Shown in pieces: positions 19,379 to 28,197 of a stretch of DNA of 56,801 nucleotides; position 1 is the stretch's first letter; each line of letters begins with the position of its first letter. A program made the translations under genes and the position numbers. The notes beneath the pieces were generated by a model, which saw nothing but the letters and a program-made list of their open reading frames with translations, was not told where the DNA came from and did no database searches. The DNA is from an uncultured Candidatus Saccharibacteria bacterium (lineage in GTDB: Bacteria > Patescibacteriota > CAZHWT01). The stretch is taken from contig CAZKPX010000004.1 in assembly GCA_964554805.1 (NCBI GenBank), positions 13,638 to 70,438 on the forward strand, in the 5' to 3' direction.

Positions 19379-19906
19379 ATGACAGAAATGCACAAACTGA
19401 GAGAAGCCATCTTGGCAGCTAATTTACTCGATGAGGAAGGTAGCCATCATCAGTTTGCTTCTGGTACGCATGGCCGGAAGATTGATTTTGACTTGATTGT
19501 TGCGGACTCAGAGCTTTATGCCTTGTGGGTCGAAGCAAATGTTAATTTTATTAAGAGCGAGTTCGGTTTAAACATATCAGGTGCCGTTGGGGTGGCCAAT
19601 GGTACAAACCGTATAGCCATTGATGTGGCCCGTGGGTTGAGCTGTTTGGCACTTACGACCAAAAAGTTAGCCGACAAATCAATAGCACTTAGCGACGATG
19701 CGCAAACTTCACTTGGGGTCTTGTCAGAAGCTGACCGCGTGATAGTTCTGGAGGATGTCGGGACGAGTGGTGGCAGCGCTGTGTCTGTCAGCACATTATG
19801 CCAAAAATGGAGCCCTGCCCAGATCTCTATGCTCTTTACTTGGCAACGAACTGATACGCTGCCGCTAGCAGACCAATCAAAAATTCCTTATTGGTCGATT
19901 AATTAA
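19379..19906 (+). CDS. Type I phosphoribosyltransferase-like protein (OPRT-like), possibly C-terminally frameshifted
   Basis: 175 aa with PRPP-binding motif VIVLEDVGTSGGSA. A further 27-40 codons are open in another frame as far as 19988 (see findings). Confidence 0.65.
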   Translation: MTEMHKLREAILAANLLDEEGSHHQFASGTHGRKIDFDLIVADSELYALWVEANVNFIKSEFGLNISGAVGVANGTNRIAIDVARGLSCLALTTKKLADKSIALSDDAQTSLGVLSEADRVIVLEDVGTSGGSAVSVSTLCQKWSPAQISMLFTWQRTDTLPLADQSKIPYWSIN

Positions 19907-19997
19907 AGACCCCCTGCCCACTTATAGCGAGGAGCGGTGTGCCGAAATTGGCTACTGTAGTCAGGGATGGCGACTGATTAAGCGCTGACTTTTCATC

Positions 19998-20816
19998 TTA
20001 GATTTTATCGAGCGTAGTACCTGCTAGTTGTTTAAGCAAATAATCTAACTTTTGATCGTTAGGGAAGGTGAACTCTACCTTGACCCGATGTTTTGTTTTG
20101 ACTATCTTGGTTTTGCAGCCGAGTTTCTTGGAAAAGACATCTTCTAGCTGTTGGAGCTTTTTACCTTCAACCTTTTTGGCTTCATCGTTAAATAGGACGC
20201 GCTGGTTCTGTCGTTCATCTTGCTGATAACGTCGGCAGAGCTCTTCTGTTTGCGAAATATTAAGCTTTTTCTTTACAACTTGGGTAAATACTTCAAATAT
20301 AAGGTTGGGATCTTCAAGACCGACCAGACTCTTGGCGTGTCCTTCTTGAATGCGCCCATCCAGCAGTGCTTGCTTGATGGCATCCGGTAATTTTAGCAGC
20401 CGCATCTTGTTGGAAATGGTTGAAACAGCTAAGCCCATTTTGTCGCTAACCTGTTGCAGAGATAGGCTAAAATCATCCACCAATCGTCTGAAGCCGGCTG
20501 CTTCTTCTAGGACAGTCAAATCTTCTCGCTGCAGGTTCTCGACAATAGATAGAACCAGCATTTCTTTTTGATTAACTTTTTTAATAATGGTTGGGACTTG
20601 TTTTAGACCGATTATCTTGGCAGCTCGCCACCGACGCTCACCGGCGATTATTTGGTAGCCTGCCGGAGTATCAGCAATAACCAGCGGTTCTAAGATGCCA
20701 TTGGCTTTAATGGAGTCTGCTAATTCTTTTAAACTGGCAGCGGCGATAGAGCCTCGAGGTTGAAGAGGATTAGGTGAAATTCGGTCGTGGTCTACTAGTT
20801 CGTATCGATCAGTCAT
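19998..20816 (-). CDS. parB: ParB/Spo0J-family partition protein
   Basis: 272 aa. ParB box GERRWRAAK and an HTH region (SLQQVSDKMGLAVSTISNKMRLLKLP). Confidence 0.92.
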   Translation of the reverse strand: MTDRYELVDHDRISPNPLQPRGSIAAASLKELADSIKANGILEPLVIADTPAGYQIIAGERRWRAAKIIGLKQVPTIIKKVNQKEMLVLSIVENLQREDLTVLEEAAGFRRLVDDFSLSLQQVSDKMGLAVSTISNKMRLLKLPDAIKQALLDGRIQEGHAKSLVGLEDPNLIFEVFTQVVKKKLNISQTEELCRRYQQDERQNQRVLFNDEAKKVEGKKLQQLEDVFSKKLGCKTKIVKTKHRVKVEFTFPNDQKLDYLLKQLAGTTLDKI

Positions 20817-21118
20817 GGAAATATAGTAGCATTTTTATGGAAAGTGTTCAATAAAGGATGAGGCAGACACTGTCATTCCGCGTTCAATCGAGGGCACTTT
20901 TCAGCTCTGGATGGCAAAAATCTCTGCGCGCTGGTTGAGATGAGGGCGGAGCAATCGGTTGACATAGCAGAGAATAGTTTGGCCTATGTTGGGCAGCCTA
21001 AGAGTCAACTATCCCGATAGTTAGCCTCATACCACATTCGGAATGTGGTGTGTTCATGAGGGGATACCCGGGGTTGCTACAGATGGTAACTCCCGGAGTT
21101 GCCAAGGTGGGCTATCCT

Positions 21119-21616
21119 TTATCCCTGGACACACCGGACATAGTTTGAACTAATCGTTGATTTGTTGGCGGTGTCTGTATGGCTATTTGATAAATTTGGA
21201 GCCCAAGCGCTAGCCTTAGCAGTCAAATGCTCTGACGAAGACCAGTAGCCTCTATTGGCATTAGATACATTGCTACCCGAGCCGTTGAGGTAGGCTATCA
21301 GTAGCTCTGGTTGGGTTGGTACGCGCCAATCAGTCTTAACACCTGAGCCATCATCGGCTTCTAGGTTTAAGCAGAATTCAGAAGCTGAGACGTCTGTCTT
21401 GGCTTGGTCTGGAAGGGTGTTGTTGGCTGGGTTGTTGTAGTCAGGGGCGGAGAGGTCGAAGACGTTGCAGTGAGTATTGGCAGTGCCGGTGGTGTTGAAG
21501 TTGCAAGAGCTGCCGGTTGGAATGATGGGGTTGTCGCCTGCGACCCAAGTGAAGTTGTTGTGGGTTTGAGCTGTCGTTGAGTCTGTCCAGATGAGTTTGG
21601 TTCTGTTGTCTTGCAT
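21119..21616 (-). CDS. DUF1566 (Lcl C-terminal-like) domain protein, apparently 5'-truncated
   Basis: 165 aa. TKLIWTD...DWRVPTQPELL...GYWSSSE...YVRCVQG pattern of DUF1566. No signal peptide. The frame stays open 48 codons upstream without any start codon. Confidence 0.6.
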   Translation of the reverse strand: MQDNRTKLIWTDSTTAQTHNNFTWVAGDNPIIPTGSSCNFNTTGTANTHCNVFDLSAPDYNNPANNTLPDQAKTDVSASEFCLNLEADDGSGVKTDWRVPTQPELLIAYLNGSGSNVSNANRGYWSSSEHLTAKASAWAPNLSNSHTDTANKSTISSNYVRCVQG

Positions 21617-21957
21617 GACGCGGGTTGAGGCTAGGGTTAGAGTGGAAGCGTTGGTGGTGACTGAGGCTGGTGAGCCAACACCAGAGGCTTGGAGTTCTGT
21701 CCAAGCACCAAAGCCTTGAGTGTTAGCCCGTGACGATTGAAGGCTAGGTTTTGGTAGAGACTAATCTCGGTTCATCGGGGGCATGTGGGGCTAAGGGAGG
21801 GGTAAGTCGCCTGTCTGGTGATTCTATTTAGTTGTGGAAACTATATGGAAAGTCTATTATTTGTTGATTTATCTCTGTTATGAGCATATATTATACTCAA
21901 TATGGAAAATTGGTGGAAATATATCTTTAAATTGCTCCATACCAGCATACAACTCCA

Positions 21958-21983
21958 ACAAAAACAGACGCCGAAGCGTCTAT
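21958..21983 (-). terminator. Rho-independent terminator after rpmA
   Basis: Minus strand AGACGC-TTCG-GCGTCT followed by GTTTTTGTT, about 35 nt downstream of the rpmA stop. Confidence 0.7.
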
Positions 21984-22016
21984 CTTTGTGATTTTGATTG
22001 ATTTTATGTTCTTGGT

Positions 22017-22274
22017 TTAGGCTTGAGACTTAACGTTTACCAGCTTGCGACCGCGACTAATGCTGAACTGAACAAAACCGTCAGTTAAAGCAAACAGAGT
22101 AAAATCTCGGCCTTGGCCTACATTCTCACCTGCATGAGTCTTGGTACCTTTTTGACGAATAATGATGTTGCCGGCCTTGACAGCCTGAGAACCAAAGATT
22201 TTAACGCCTAAACGCTTGCCTCGTTGATTACTACTTTGTCGGGCCTTGGAGCCACCAGCTTTCTTATGTGCCAT
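22017..22274 (-). CDS. rpmA: 50S ribosomal protein L27
   Basis: [25 protein letters not shown]... canonical L27. There is no N-terminal propeptide, consistent with the absence of a prp gene. Confidence 0.96.
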   Translation of the reverse strand: MAHKKAGGSKARQSSNQRGKRLGVKIFGSQAVKAGNIIIRQKGTKTHAGENVGQGRDFTLFALTDGFVQFSISRGRKLVNVKSQA

Positions 22275-22281
22275 AGTTCAA

Positions 22282-22650
22282 TTACTCCTGCTCTTGAGCA
22301 GCCTTTTCCTTCTTAGGAGCAGTCTTTGTTGCCTTGGTGGCGCCAATGGAGTCAATGCGCACAACAGTTTGATGTTGACGATGACCCATGGTACGTCGAT
22401 AACGGCTCTTGGGGCGATACTTAAAAATACGTAGCTTGTCACCAAGATCGTTCTTAAGTAGAGTGGCTTGAACAGCCACATTGGCGACAGTTGGAGCACC
22501 AACAACTACATCTTTGCCATTAACAGTTAATAGGACCTGATCGAAGCTGACTGTATCGCCTTCTTCTTGAGATAAGCGCTCAATAACCAGCTCTTGGCCC
22601 GGGACTGCAATATATTGTTTTCCACCAGTTAAAATGACAGCGTATTCCAT
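22282..22650 (-). CDS. rplU: 50S ribosomal protein L21
   Basis: MEYAVILTGGKQYIAVPGQ... canonical L21 start at 22650; the ORF track extends to 22680. Short Lys-rich C-terminal tail. Confidence 0.93.
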   Translation of the reverse strand: MEYAVILTGGKQYIAVPGQELVIERLSQEEGDTVSFDQVLLTVNGKDVVVGAPTVANVAVQATLLKNDLGDKLRIFKYRPKSRYRRTMGHRQHQTVVRIDSIGATKATKTAPKKEKAAQEQE

Positions 22651-22748
22651 AACTGTCGTACTATAACTGATATGCCTCATAATGTCAACTAACTTATCTC
22701 AGGTAAAACAGCCTGCATATCGGGCCATCCCAATAGTGATAATGTGCT

Positions 22749-23570
22749 TCAAACATCAAGCTCAATCGAGACTGGGCAGTGATCTGAGCCCATGATATTG
22801 GCATGGATAGCAGCGGCTTTCAAATTTGCCTGAAGCTGTTGACTGACAACAAAATAATCAATACGCCAACCAACATTTCTGGCTCTGGCATTGGCCCAGT
22901 GAGTCCACCAGGTATAGGCCTGAGTCTGATCGGGATAAAAATGGCGATAGCTGTCAATAAAACCGGCTTCGAGATAATCCCGGAACCGTTGCCGCTCTTC
23001 ATCGGTAAAACCATGCTTACCTCGATTTGGTTTGGGGTTGGCCAAGTCAATATCGAGATGGGCTACATTTAGATCTCCGCAGAATGCTACCCCCTTAGCT
23101 TTTTTCGTGCCATGGACACCTGATTCAAGTTGCTTCATATAAGCCAAGAAGGCAGGGTCCCAATGATCAAACCGTAGTTTTAGCCTGCTCAAATCGTCTT
23201 TGCTATTGGGCGTATACACAGTAACTAGCCAGAATGACTCGAACTCGGCAGCAATTACGCGCCCCTCCAGATTGGGATCTCCATACTCGTCACCTGAAAC
23301 ACTATATTGATCAATTACGTCTTGCGGCAATCCGTTAATAACTTCCAGCGGCTTTTGTTTGGAAAAAATTGCTGTGCCACTGTAGCCGGCTTTGGCGGCT
23401 GAATTCCAATATTCATAATAGTCAGGCATATCTATCTCGGCTTGGCCTTGCTTAGCCTTGGTCTCCTGAAGACAGATGACGTCAGGTTGATGCTCGTCGA
23501 TAAATGAAACAAAGAGTCCCTTGTTAATAACTGCCCTGATTCCATTTACGTTCCACGAATATATTTTCAT
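22749..23570 (-). CDS. xthA: Exodeoxyribonuclease III (AP endonuclease)
   Basis: 273 aa. MKIYSWNVNGIRA, ICLQETK and SDHCPV motifs. Confidence 0.93.
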   Translation of the reverse strand: MKIYSWNVNGIRAVINKGLFVSFIDEHQPDVICLQETKAKQGQAEIDMPDYYEYWNSAAKAGYSGTAIFSKQKPLEVINGLPQDVIDQYSVSGDEYGDPNLEGRVIAAEFESFWLVTVYTPNSKDDLSRLKLRFDHWDPAFLAYMKQLESGVHGTKKAKGVAFCGDLNVAHLDIDLANPKPNRGKHGFTDEERQRFRDYLEAGFIDSYRHFYPDQTQAYTWWTHWANARARNVGWRIDYFVVSQQLQANLKAAAIHANIMGSDHCPVSIELDV

Positions 23571-23572
23571 AG

Positions 23573-24667
23573 TTATTCCTTATTAATTGGGTGCATAGCT
23601 ATGCTTTGGATGATGGCCAAGGCCAGAGCGCTCGTCAATAGCGAACTTCCTCCATAGCTAACAAAAGGGAGAGGTATTCCCGTAACGGGGGCTAAGCCAA
23701 TGTTCATGGCAATGTTGATGATTGCCTGGACTAGGATCATGAACGTTAGGCCGCTTAGCAGGATTATTGTCGGCTGATCTTTGGTGAACCAGATTAGCCG
23801 TAGCCCTCTATAGAAAATAATAGCATACAACGAAACAACGAACAGTCCACCCACTAGACCAAACTCTTCAGAGAGGCTAGCAAAAATAAAATCTGTTTGA
23901 TGCTCAGGGAGAAAGTTAAGATGACTCTGAGTGCCTTGCCCCCAGCCTTGGCCAATCAAACCGCCGGATTGCACAGCTATGACTGATTGAAGGACATTAT
24001 AACCAGAACCCAACGGATCGGCCGTCGGATTAAGAAACGTAAAAACGCGCTGTTGTTGATATGGCGCAAGAATCGACCAACCTATGATGGCAGCCAATCC
24101 TAAGCCGCAAAAGACAGCCGTTAAAGTTTTTTTACTGATGGGGCTCATCCATACCACGGCTAACCAGCCCACTAGCATAATAGTAGCAGTGCCAAAGTCT
24201 GGTTGTAGCAAAATGAGACCAATGGGAAGAGCCCCAATGACAGCATATAGGGGAAATAGGGACCAGCTCGACCAATGCTTATGGTGATGTAGGGTGTAGG
24301 CATACGCCAAGGTGCACACCATAAAAACTTTCATAAACTCGGATGGTTGCAACGAGAAAGCGCCCAGATCGAGCCAACTTACCGCACCTCGAGTTGCTTG
24401 TCCGAAGATTGCTAAGCCTATCAATAGGATTAATGTCGCAGAATATGCTAAAGGAGATGCCTTCCAATACCATGAAGGCTGTACCCAGCTGCCGGCAATG
24501 TACACTATTGCCCCTAAAAGGATGAAAAGTAGTTGATTGGTCAGCAGATTGTCTTGCTGACTAATGGCACTTGACGACAGCATGATCAAACTAATTGTCA
24601 TTAAGGCGATCACTGAGCCTGTTAACCACCAGTCATGCAGTTGCCACCACGCTTTTCTTGGGTTCAC
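23573..24667 (-). CDS. rodA: SEDS family protein (FtsW/RodA/SpoVE), outside dcw so RodA-like
   Basis: 364 aa, polytopic. QPSEFMKV, TDFIFA and PLPFVSYGGSS motifs. Confidence 0.8.
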   Translation of the reverse strand: MNPRKAWWQLHDWWLTGSVIALMTISLIMLSSSAISQQDNLLTNQLLFILLGAIVYIAGSWVQPSWYWKASPLAYSATLILLIGLAIFGQATRGAVSWLDLGAFSLQPSEFMKVFMVCTLAYAYTLHHHKHWSSWSLFPLYAVIGALPIGLILLQPDFGTATIMLVGWLAVVWMSPISKKTLTAVFCGLGLAAIIGWSILAPYQQQRVFTFLNPTADPLGSGYNVLQSVIAVQSGGLIGQGWGQGTQSHLNFLPEHQTDFIFASLSEEFGLVGGLFVVSLYAIIFYRGLRLIWFTKDQPTIILLSGLTFMILVQAIINIAMNIGLAPVTGIPLPFVSYGGSSLLTSALALAIIQSIAMHPINKE

Positions 24668-24678
24668 ACTCTCCCCCC

Positions 24679-27498
24679 CTACTCTACTACTGATACAGAA
24701 AGCTGATCAGCCCGCTTGATGTCTATGGCTAACGTTTGCTGCTTGATGCGATCTGTTTGAGATGCTGGCCAGTCCGGAAGAGACACGATAATCTTGGCAT
24801 CTAGCTGGCAACCTATCTTTTTTCGCTCCGCTTGGATGCTTCTAATAATTTCTCTGGCCTCACCCATGGCCTGCAATTCAGGAGTAATTTGGGTATCAAA
24901 ATTAACTTTTAGCTCTTCAGACACTCCCCCAAACTTGACCTGCAGAACGTTAATTTCTTGGGCTACTATCGCTTCTAATTCCTCCGATAGCTGCTGGGGC
25001 TGCCAATAGGTTGCGCTGTCGAGAGGCTGCTTCAGTTTTAGTTTTTGTTCATTGCGTTGACTATGGGCATGTTCAACCAGTTGACGGGCGGTGACCATTT
25101 GATGATGCAACTCTGAGTCAATGGTAGGGGTATTGGATAAGGGCCAGTCAGATAAATGAACAGATTCGTTATCAGTAAGGTTGCGATATATTTCTTCAGT
25201 CATAAATGGCGCAATAGGAGCCATAAGCTGGCACAGTGTTACTAGCACCTGGTGGCATGTCTGGTAAAAGGCTTGCTTATCCTGCGTATCAATGGCTGAA
25301 GGGCCAACTCGATCGCGACTACGGCGAATGTACCAGGTTGAGAAGTCAGCAATAAATGCCTTGATGTCTTCAATGGGCTGGGTTGTATTGTAGGTATCTA
25401 AAGACTCGGTGACTGCCGTCGTCAGTTGATTGAGTTTGGATAGTATCCATTTATCCAGAATCGTTAGATGCTGCGATGCTTGCTGATCTCCCGCCTGCCA
25501 TCTATCTAAGTTGGCATACGTGACAAAGAAGTTGTAGCTATTCCACAAGATGAGCATGGTGCCTCTGACTTGATTTTGATAGGTCTGCTCTGAGATGAGA
25601 ATATCTTCGCCGTTCATGACAGGGCTGCCTAATAAATAGAGCCGCAAAGCATCTCCGCCGTATTTGTCTAGCATTTCAGCAGGATCTGGGTAGTTTTTGA
25701 AGTTTTTACTCATCTTGCGACCATCGGTGCCTAGGATAACGCCTTCTACTACAACATTTTTAAAAGCCGGAGATTTGTATAGGGCCGCACCGATAATATG
25801 GAGGATTGAGAACCAGGCTCGAATTTGACCAGTATATTCAGCAATAAAATCCGGAGGGAAGAAATCTTCTGCTTTTTCTTCGGAGTTGAATGGGAAGTGG
25901 CGCTCAGCAAAAGAGGCAGAACCAGCTTCAATCCAGCTGTCCAAGACTTCCGGAACGCGATGCGCTGCTTGGCCACAGTCAAGACACTTGACGACAATTT
26001 CGTCAATATGTGGCTTGTGCAAATCGATAACTTTCTGGCCTGAAGCTTGCTCTAGGTCGGCAATTGAGCCCGGCACATAGCGATGTCCGTCAGGACATTC
26101 CCAGACCGGCACTGGACTACCCCAGTAGCGATTCCGAGAGATATTCCAATCGGGGGCGCTTTCAATGCTCTTGGAAAATCGACCAGATTTAAAATGGCCT
26201 GGATACCAATTTATCTGCTCGTTTGTTTCTTTCAATAACGGTTTCAGATCCTGAATATTGACATACCAGGCGTCAATTGGAGCATAGTATAAGCGAGTGT
26301 GACATCGCCAGCATAGTGGTACACGATGAGGATGATCTGCCATTTTGTATATTAATCCTCGATCTTGCAGATCTAGGTCAACAGCCTTGTTGGCCTTAAG
26401 ATAATACATGCCACCAAATTGAGGGACTTCCGGCTTGATATTACCTTCTTCGTCGAGATGTGTTTGGATGTGAATGCCTTGCTCTTGCATTAGCTTAAGA
26501 TCATCCTCGCCATATGCGGCGATAGTGACTACACCAGTACCATCTTCTGCTGAAACAAACTCCGCTGGGACTACCTCAAAAATCTTGCCCTTGGCTTCTA
26601 TCTCGAAATAATTGTAGTGTGGCGCGTACTTCCGTCCTACTAAATCACTGCCCTTTTGCTTATTTAGTACTGTATAGGATGTCTCGTCTCCAAGTATAGC
26701 TGCGGTAGTTTCGGCTAGAATATACTTTTGGCCAGCCTGTTCAACTGTAATATATGATAAATCCGGATTTACTGCTAGAGCGCAGGTAACAATTTTATTC
26801 CAAGGCGTTGTTGACCATGCCAGAATATAGGTGTCTGGTTGATCTACGAGCTGAAACTTATAAGTAGTGGCGACATCAATGACCTCTTTATAATTTTCCG
26901 CATCCATGGCTACCTCAAAATTTGATATAGGCGTGGAGCAGTGCGGACAATAGAGTGAAACCTTATAACCTTTATAGATATGACCGCCGTCATACATTTG
27001 CTTAAAAACCCACATAACCGACTCCATATACGGAGTATCCCAAGTTTTGTAGGCATTTTTGAAGTCTGTCCAACGCCCAATACGGTCAACGTACCACTCC
27101 CAATCCGATGAGACCTGCTCAACATACTGCTTGCATTGATCGACAAATTTCTGAACGCCAACTACTTCTTCTATATCGCGCTTACGGGTAATATTCAGCT
27201 CATTTTCTACTTTATTTTCGATAGGCAATCCATGACCATCCCATCCCCAGACTCGACGGACCTGGTATCCTTTCATGGTCCAATAACGGCCGAAGAGATC
27301 TTTGGGTAAGCTTGATAACAACGATCCATAGTGCGGCATGCCTGTAACAAAAGGAGGGCCATCTAAGAATGTCCACTTCTTGTCATCAGATCGGCTAGAA
27401 ATAGACTTTTCGAAAATCTGATTTTCTTTCCAGTACTTGATGGTTTCTTTTTCTTGGTCAGCGAAGTTTACATTTGAAATTACGGGTTTGAAGGACAT
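24679..27498 (-). CDS. ileS: Isoleucyl-tRNA synthetase, type 2 (eukaryote-like) architecture
   Basis: 939 aa. GPPFVTGMPHYGS (HIGH region), GWDGHGLPIE and RKMSKNFKNYPDP (KMSKS region). Confidence 0.93.
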   Translation of the reverse strand: MSFKPVISNVNFADQEKETIKYWKENQIFEKSISSRSDDKKWTFLDGPPFVTGMPHYGSLLSSLPKDLFGRYWTMKGYQVRRVWGWDGHGLPIENKVENELNITRKRDIEEVVGVQKFVDQCKQYVEQVSSDWEWYVDRIGRWTDFKNAYKTWDTPYMESVMWVFKQMYDGGHIYKGYKVSLYCPHCSTPISNFEVAMDAENYKEVIDVATTYKFQLVDQPDTYILAWSTTPWNKIVTCALAVNPDLSYITVEQAGQKYILAETTAAILGDETSYTVLNKQKGSDLVGRKYAPHYNYFEIEAKGKIFEVVPAEFVSAEDGTGVVTIAAYGEDDLKLMQEQGIHIQTHLDEEGNIKPEVPQFGGMYYLKANKAVDLDLQDRGLIYKMADHPHRVPLCWRCHTRLYYAPIDAWYVNIQDLKPLLKETNEQINWYPGHFKSGRFSKSIESAPDWNISRNRYWGSPVPVWECPDGHRYVPGSIADLEQASGQKVIDLHKPHIDEIVVKCLDCGQAAHRVPEVLDSWIEAGSASFAERHFPFNSEEKAEDFFPPDFIAEYTGQIRAWFSILHIIGAALYKSPAFKNVVVEGVILGTDGRKMSKNFKNYPDPAEMLDKYGGDALRLYLLGSPVMNGEDILISEQTYQNQVRGTMLILWNSYNFFVTYANLDRWQAGDQQASQHLTILDKWILSKLNQLTTAVTESLDTYNTTQPIEDIKAFIADFSTWYIRRSRDRVGPSAIDTQDKQAFYQTCHQVLVTLCQLMAPIAPFMTEEIYRNLTDNESVHLSDWPLSNTPTIDSELHHQMVTARQLVEHAHSQRNEQKLKLKQPLDSATYWQPQQLSEELEAIVAQEINVLQVKFGGVSEELKVNFDTQITPELQAMGEAREIIRSIQAERKKIGCQLDAKIIVSLPDWPASQTDRIKQQTLAIDIKRADQLSVSVVE

Positions 27499-27527
27499 AG
27501 CTATTACCTGGCAAAAGTGATGCCAGC

Positions 27528-27556
27528 ATTATACACCTTTTTGCTCATATTGTCTG
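27528..27556 (-). promoter_or_regulatory. Candidate promoter for ileS
   Basis: Minus strand CAGACA (27551-27556), 17-nt spacer, TATAAT (27528-27533). About 30 nt upstream of the ileS ATG. Confidence 0.4.
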
Positions 27557-27561
27557 GAGTA

Positions 27562-28191
27562 TTATGGCAATTTTATATCTAAAACCTTGGCCAAATCTTG
27601 GCCGCCAGGTTGCCGACTCAGGAATTCCTGGAGAGCTTTATCCAAAACCTGACCTGCACTCATATGCGATGTGTCAATTGTTACGTCAAAAAATTCAGGC
27701 AGGTAAGGATTAGGCACGCCATATAACCTGCCAAATTTGGCATTTAATGCTTGGGTTCTCTGTTGCGAATACTTAATTGCCTGCTCCAATGTCCACTCTT
27801 CGCGTGAAGCAATGCGCTCCATGGCAACTATTTCATCAGTAATACATAAAATTCTAAAGGTTCGCGGGTTATCCTTGGCCAGCCAACCCGCCAAATGCGA
27901 TTCAAAGACTGTGCTACTTAGCTTGGTCATATCTCGCTGGAAACGCTTATCCAACTCACGATCAACCTCTTCGGGTATTTCTTGAGTTTCTTCCAGCGGG
28001 ACACCATGTTCTCTATGCCAAGTTCTAAAGTATGCGCCGGCATTCACATGTTGCCAACCGAGGGTGGAGGCTACGTTTTTACCGAGTGTGGTAGTGCCAG
28101 TTCCCACATCACCTGCTAAGGCGATATTTAAGTACTCAATCGCTTGTCTTGAATTATTTTCAGCATGTGCTTGGTTAGTGCTCATAAACAA
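27562..28191 (-). CDS. Cytidylate kinase-like family P-loop protein
   Basis: 209 aa. P-loop-like GDVGTGTTTLGK, of a length and layout matching cytidylate-kinase-like proteins. Confidence 0.6.
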   Translation of the reverse strand: MFMSTNQAHAENNSRQAIEYLNIALAGDVGTGTTTLGKNVASTLGWQHVNAGAYFRTWHREHGVPLEETQEIPEEVDRELDKRFQRDMTKLSSTVFESHLAGWLAKDNPRTFRILCITDEIVAMERIASREEWTLEQAIKYSQQRTQALNAKFGRLYGVPNPYLPEFFDVTIDTSHMSAGQVLDKALQEFLSRQPGGQDLAKVLDIKLP

Positions 28192-28197
28192 TTACCG

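Noticed and set aside
20817-21118. RNase P RNA, tmRNA, SRP RNA or a known riboswitch in the parB upstream spacer.
   Set aside because: I could not find the hallmark strings on either strand: GAGGAAAGTCC for RNase P, a tRNA-like GGTTCGA...CCA end for tmRNA, or GGAAGCAGCC for SRP. It is kept only as an unclassified structured region.
21441-21704. ORF 21441..21704 (87 aa, His/Gln/Arg-rich).
   Set aside because: It is an off-frame overlap with the DUF1566-like ORF, is low complexity and has no independent support.
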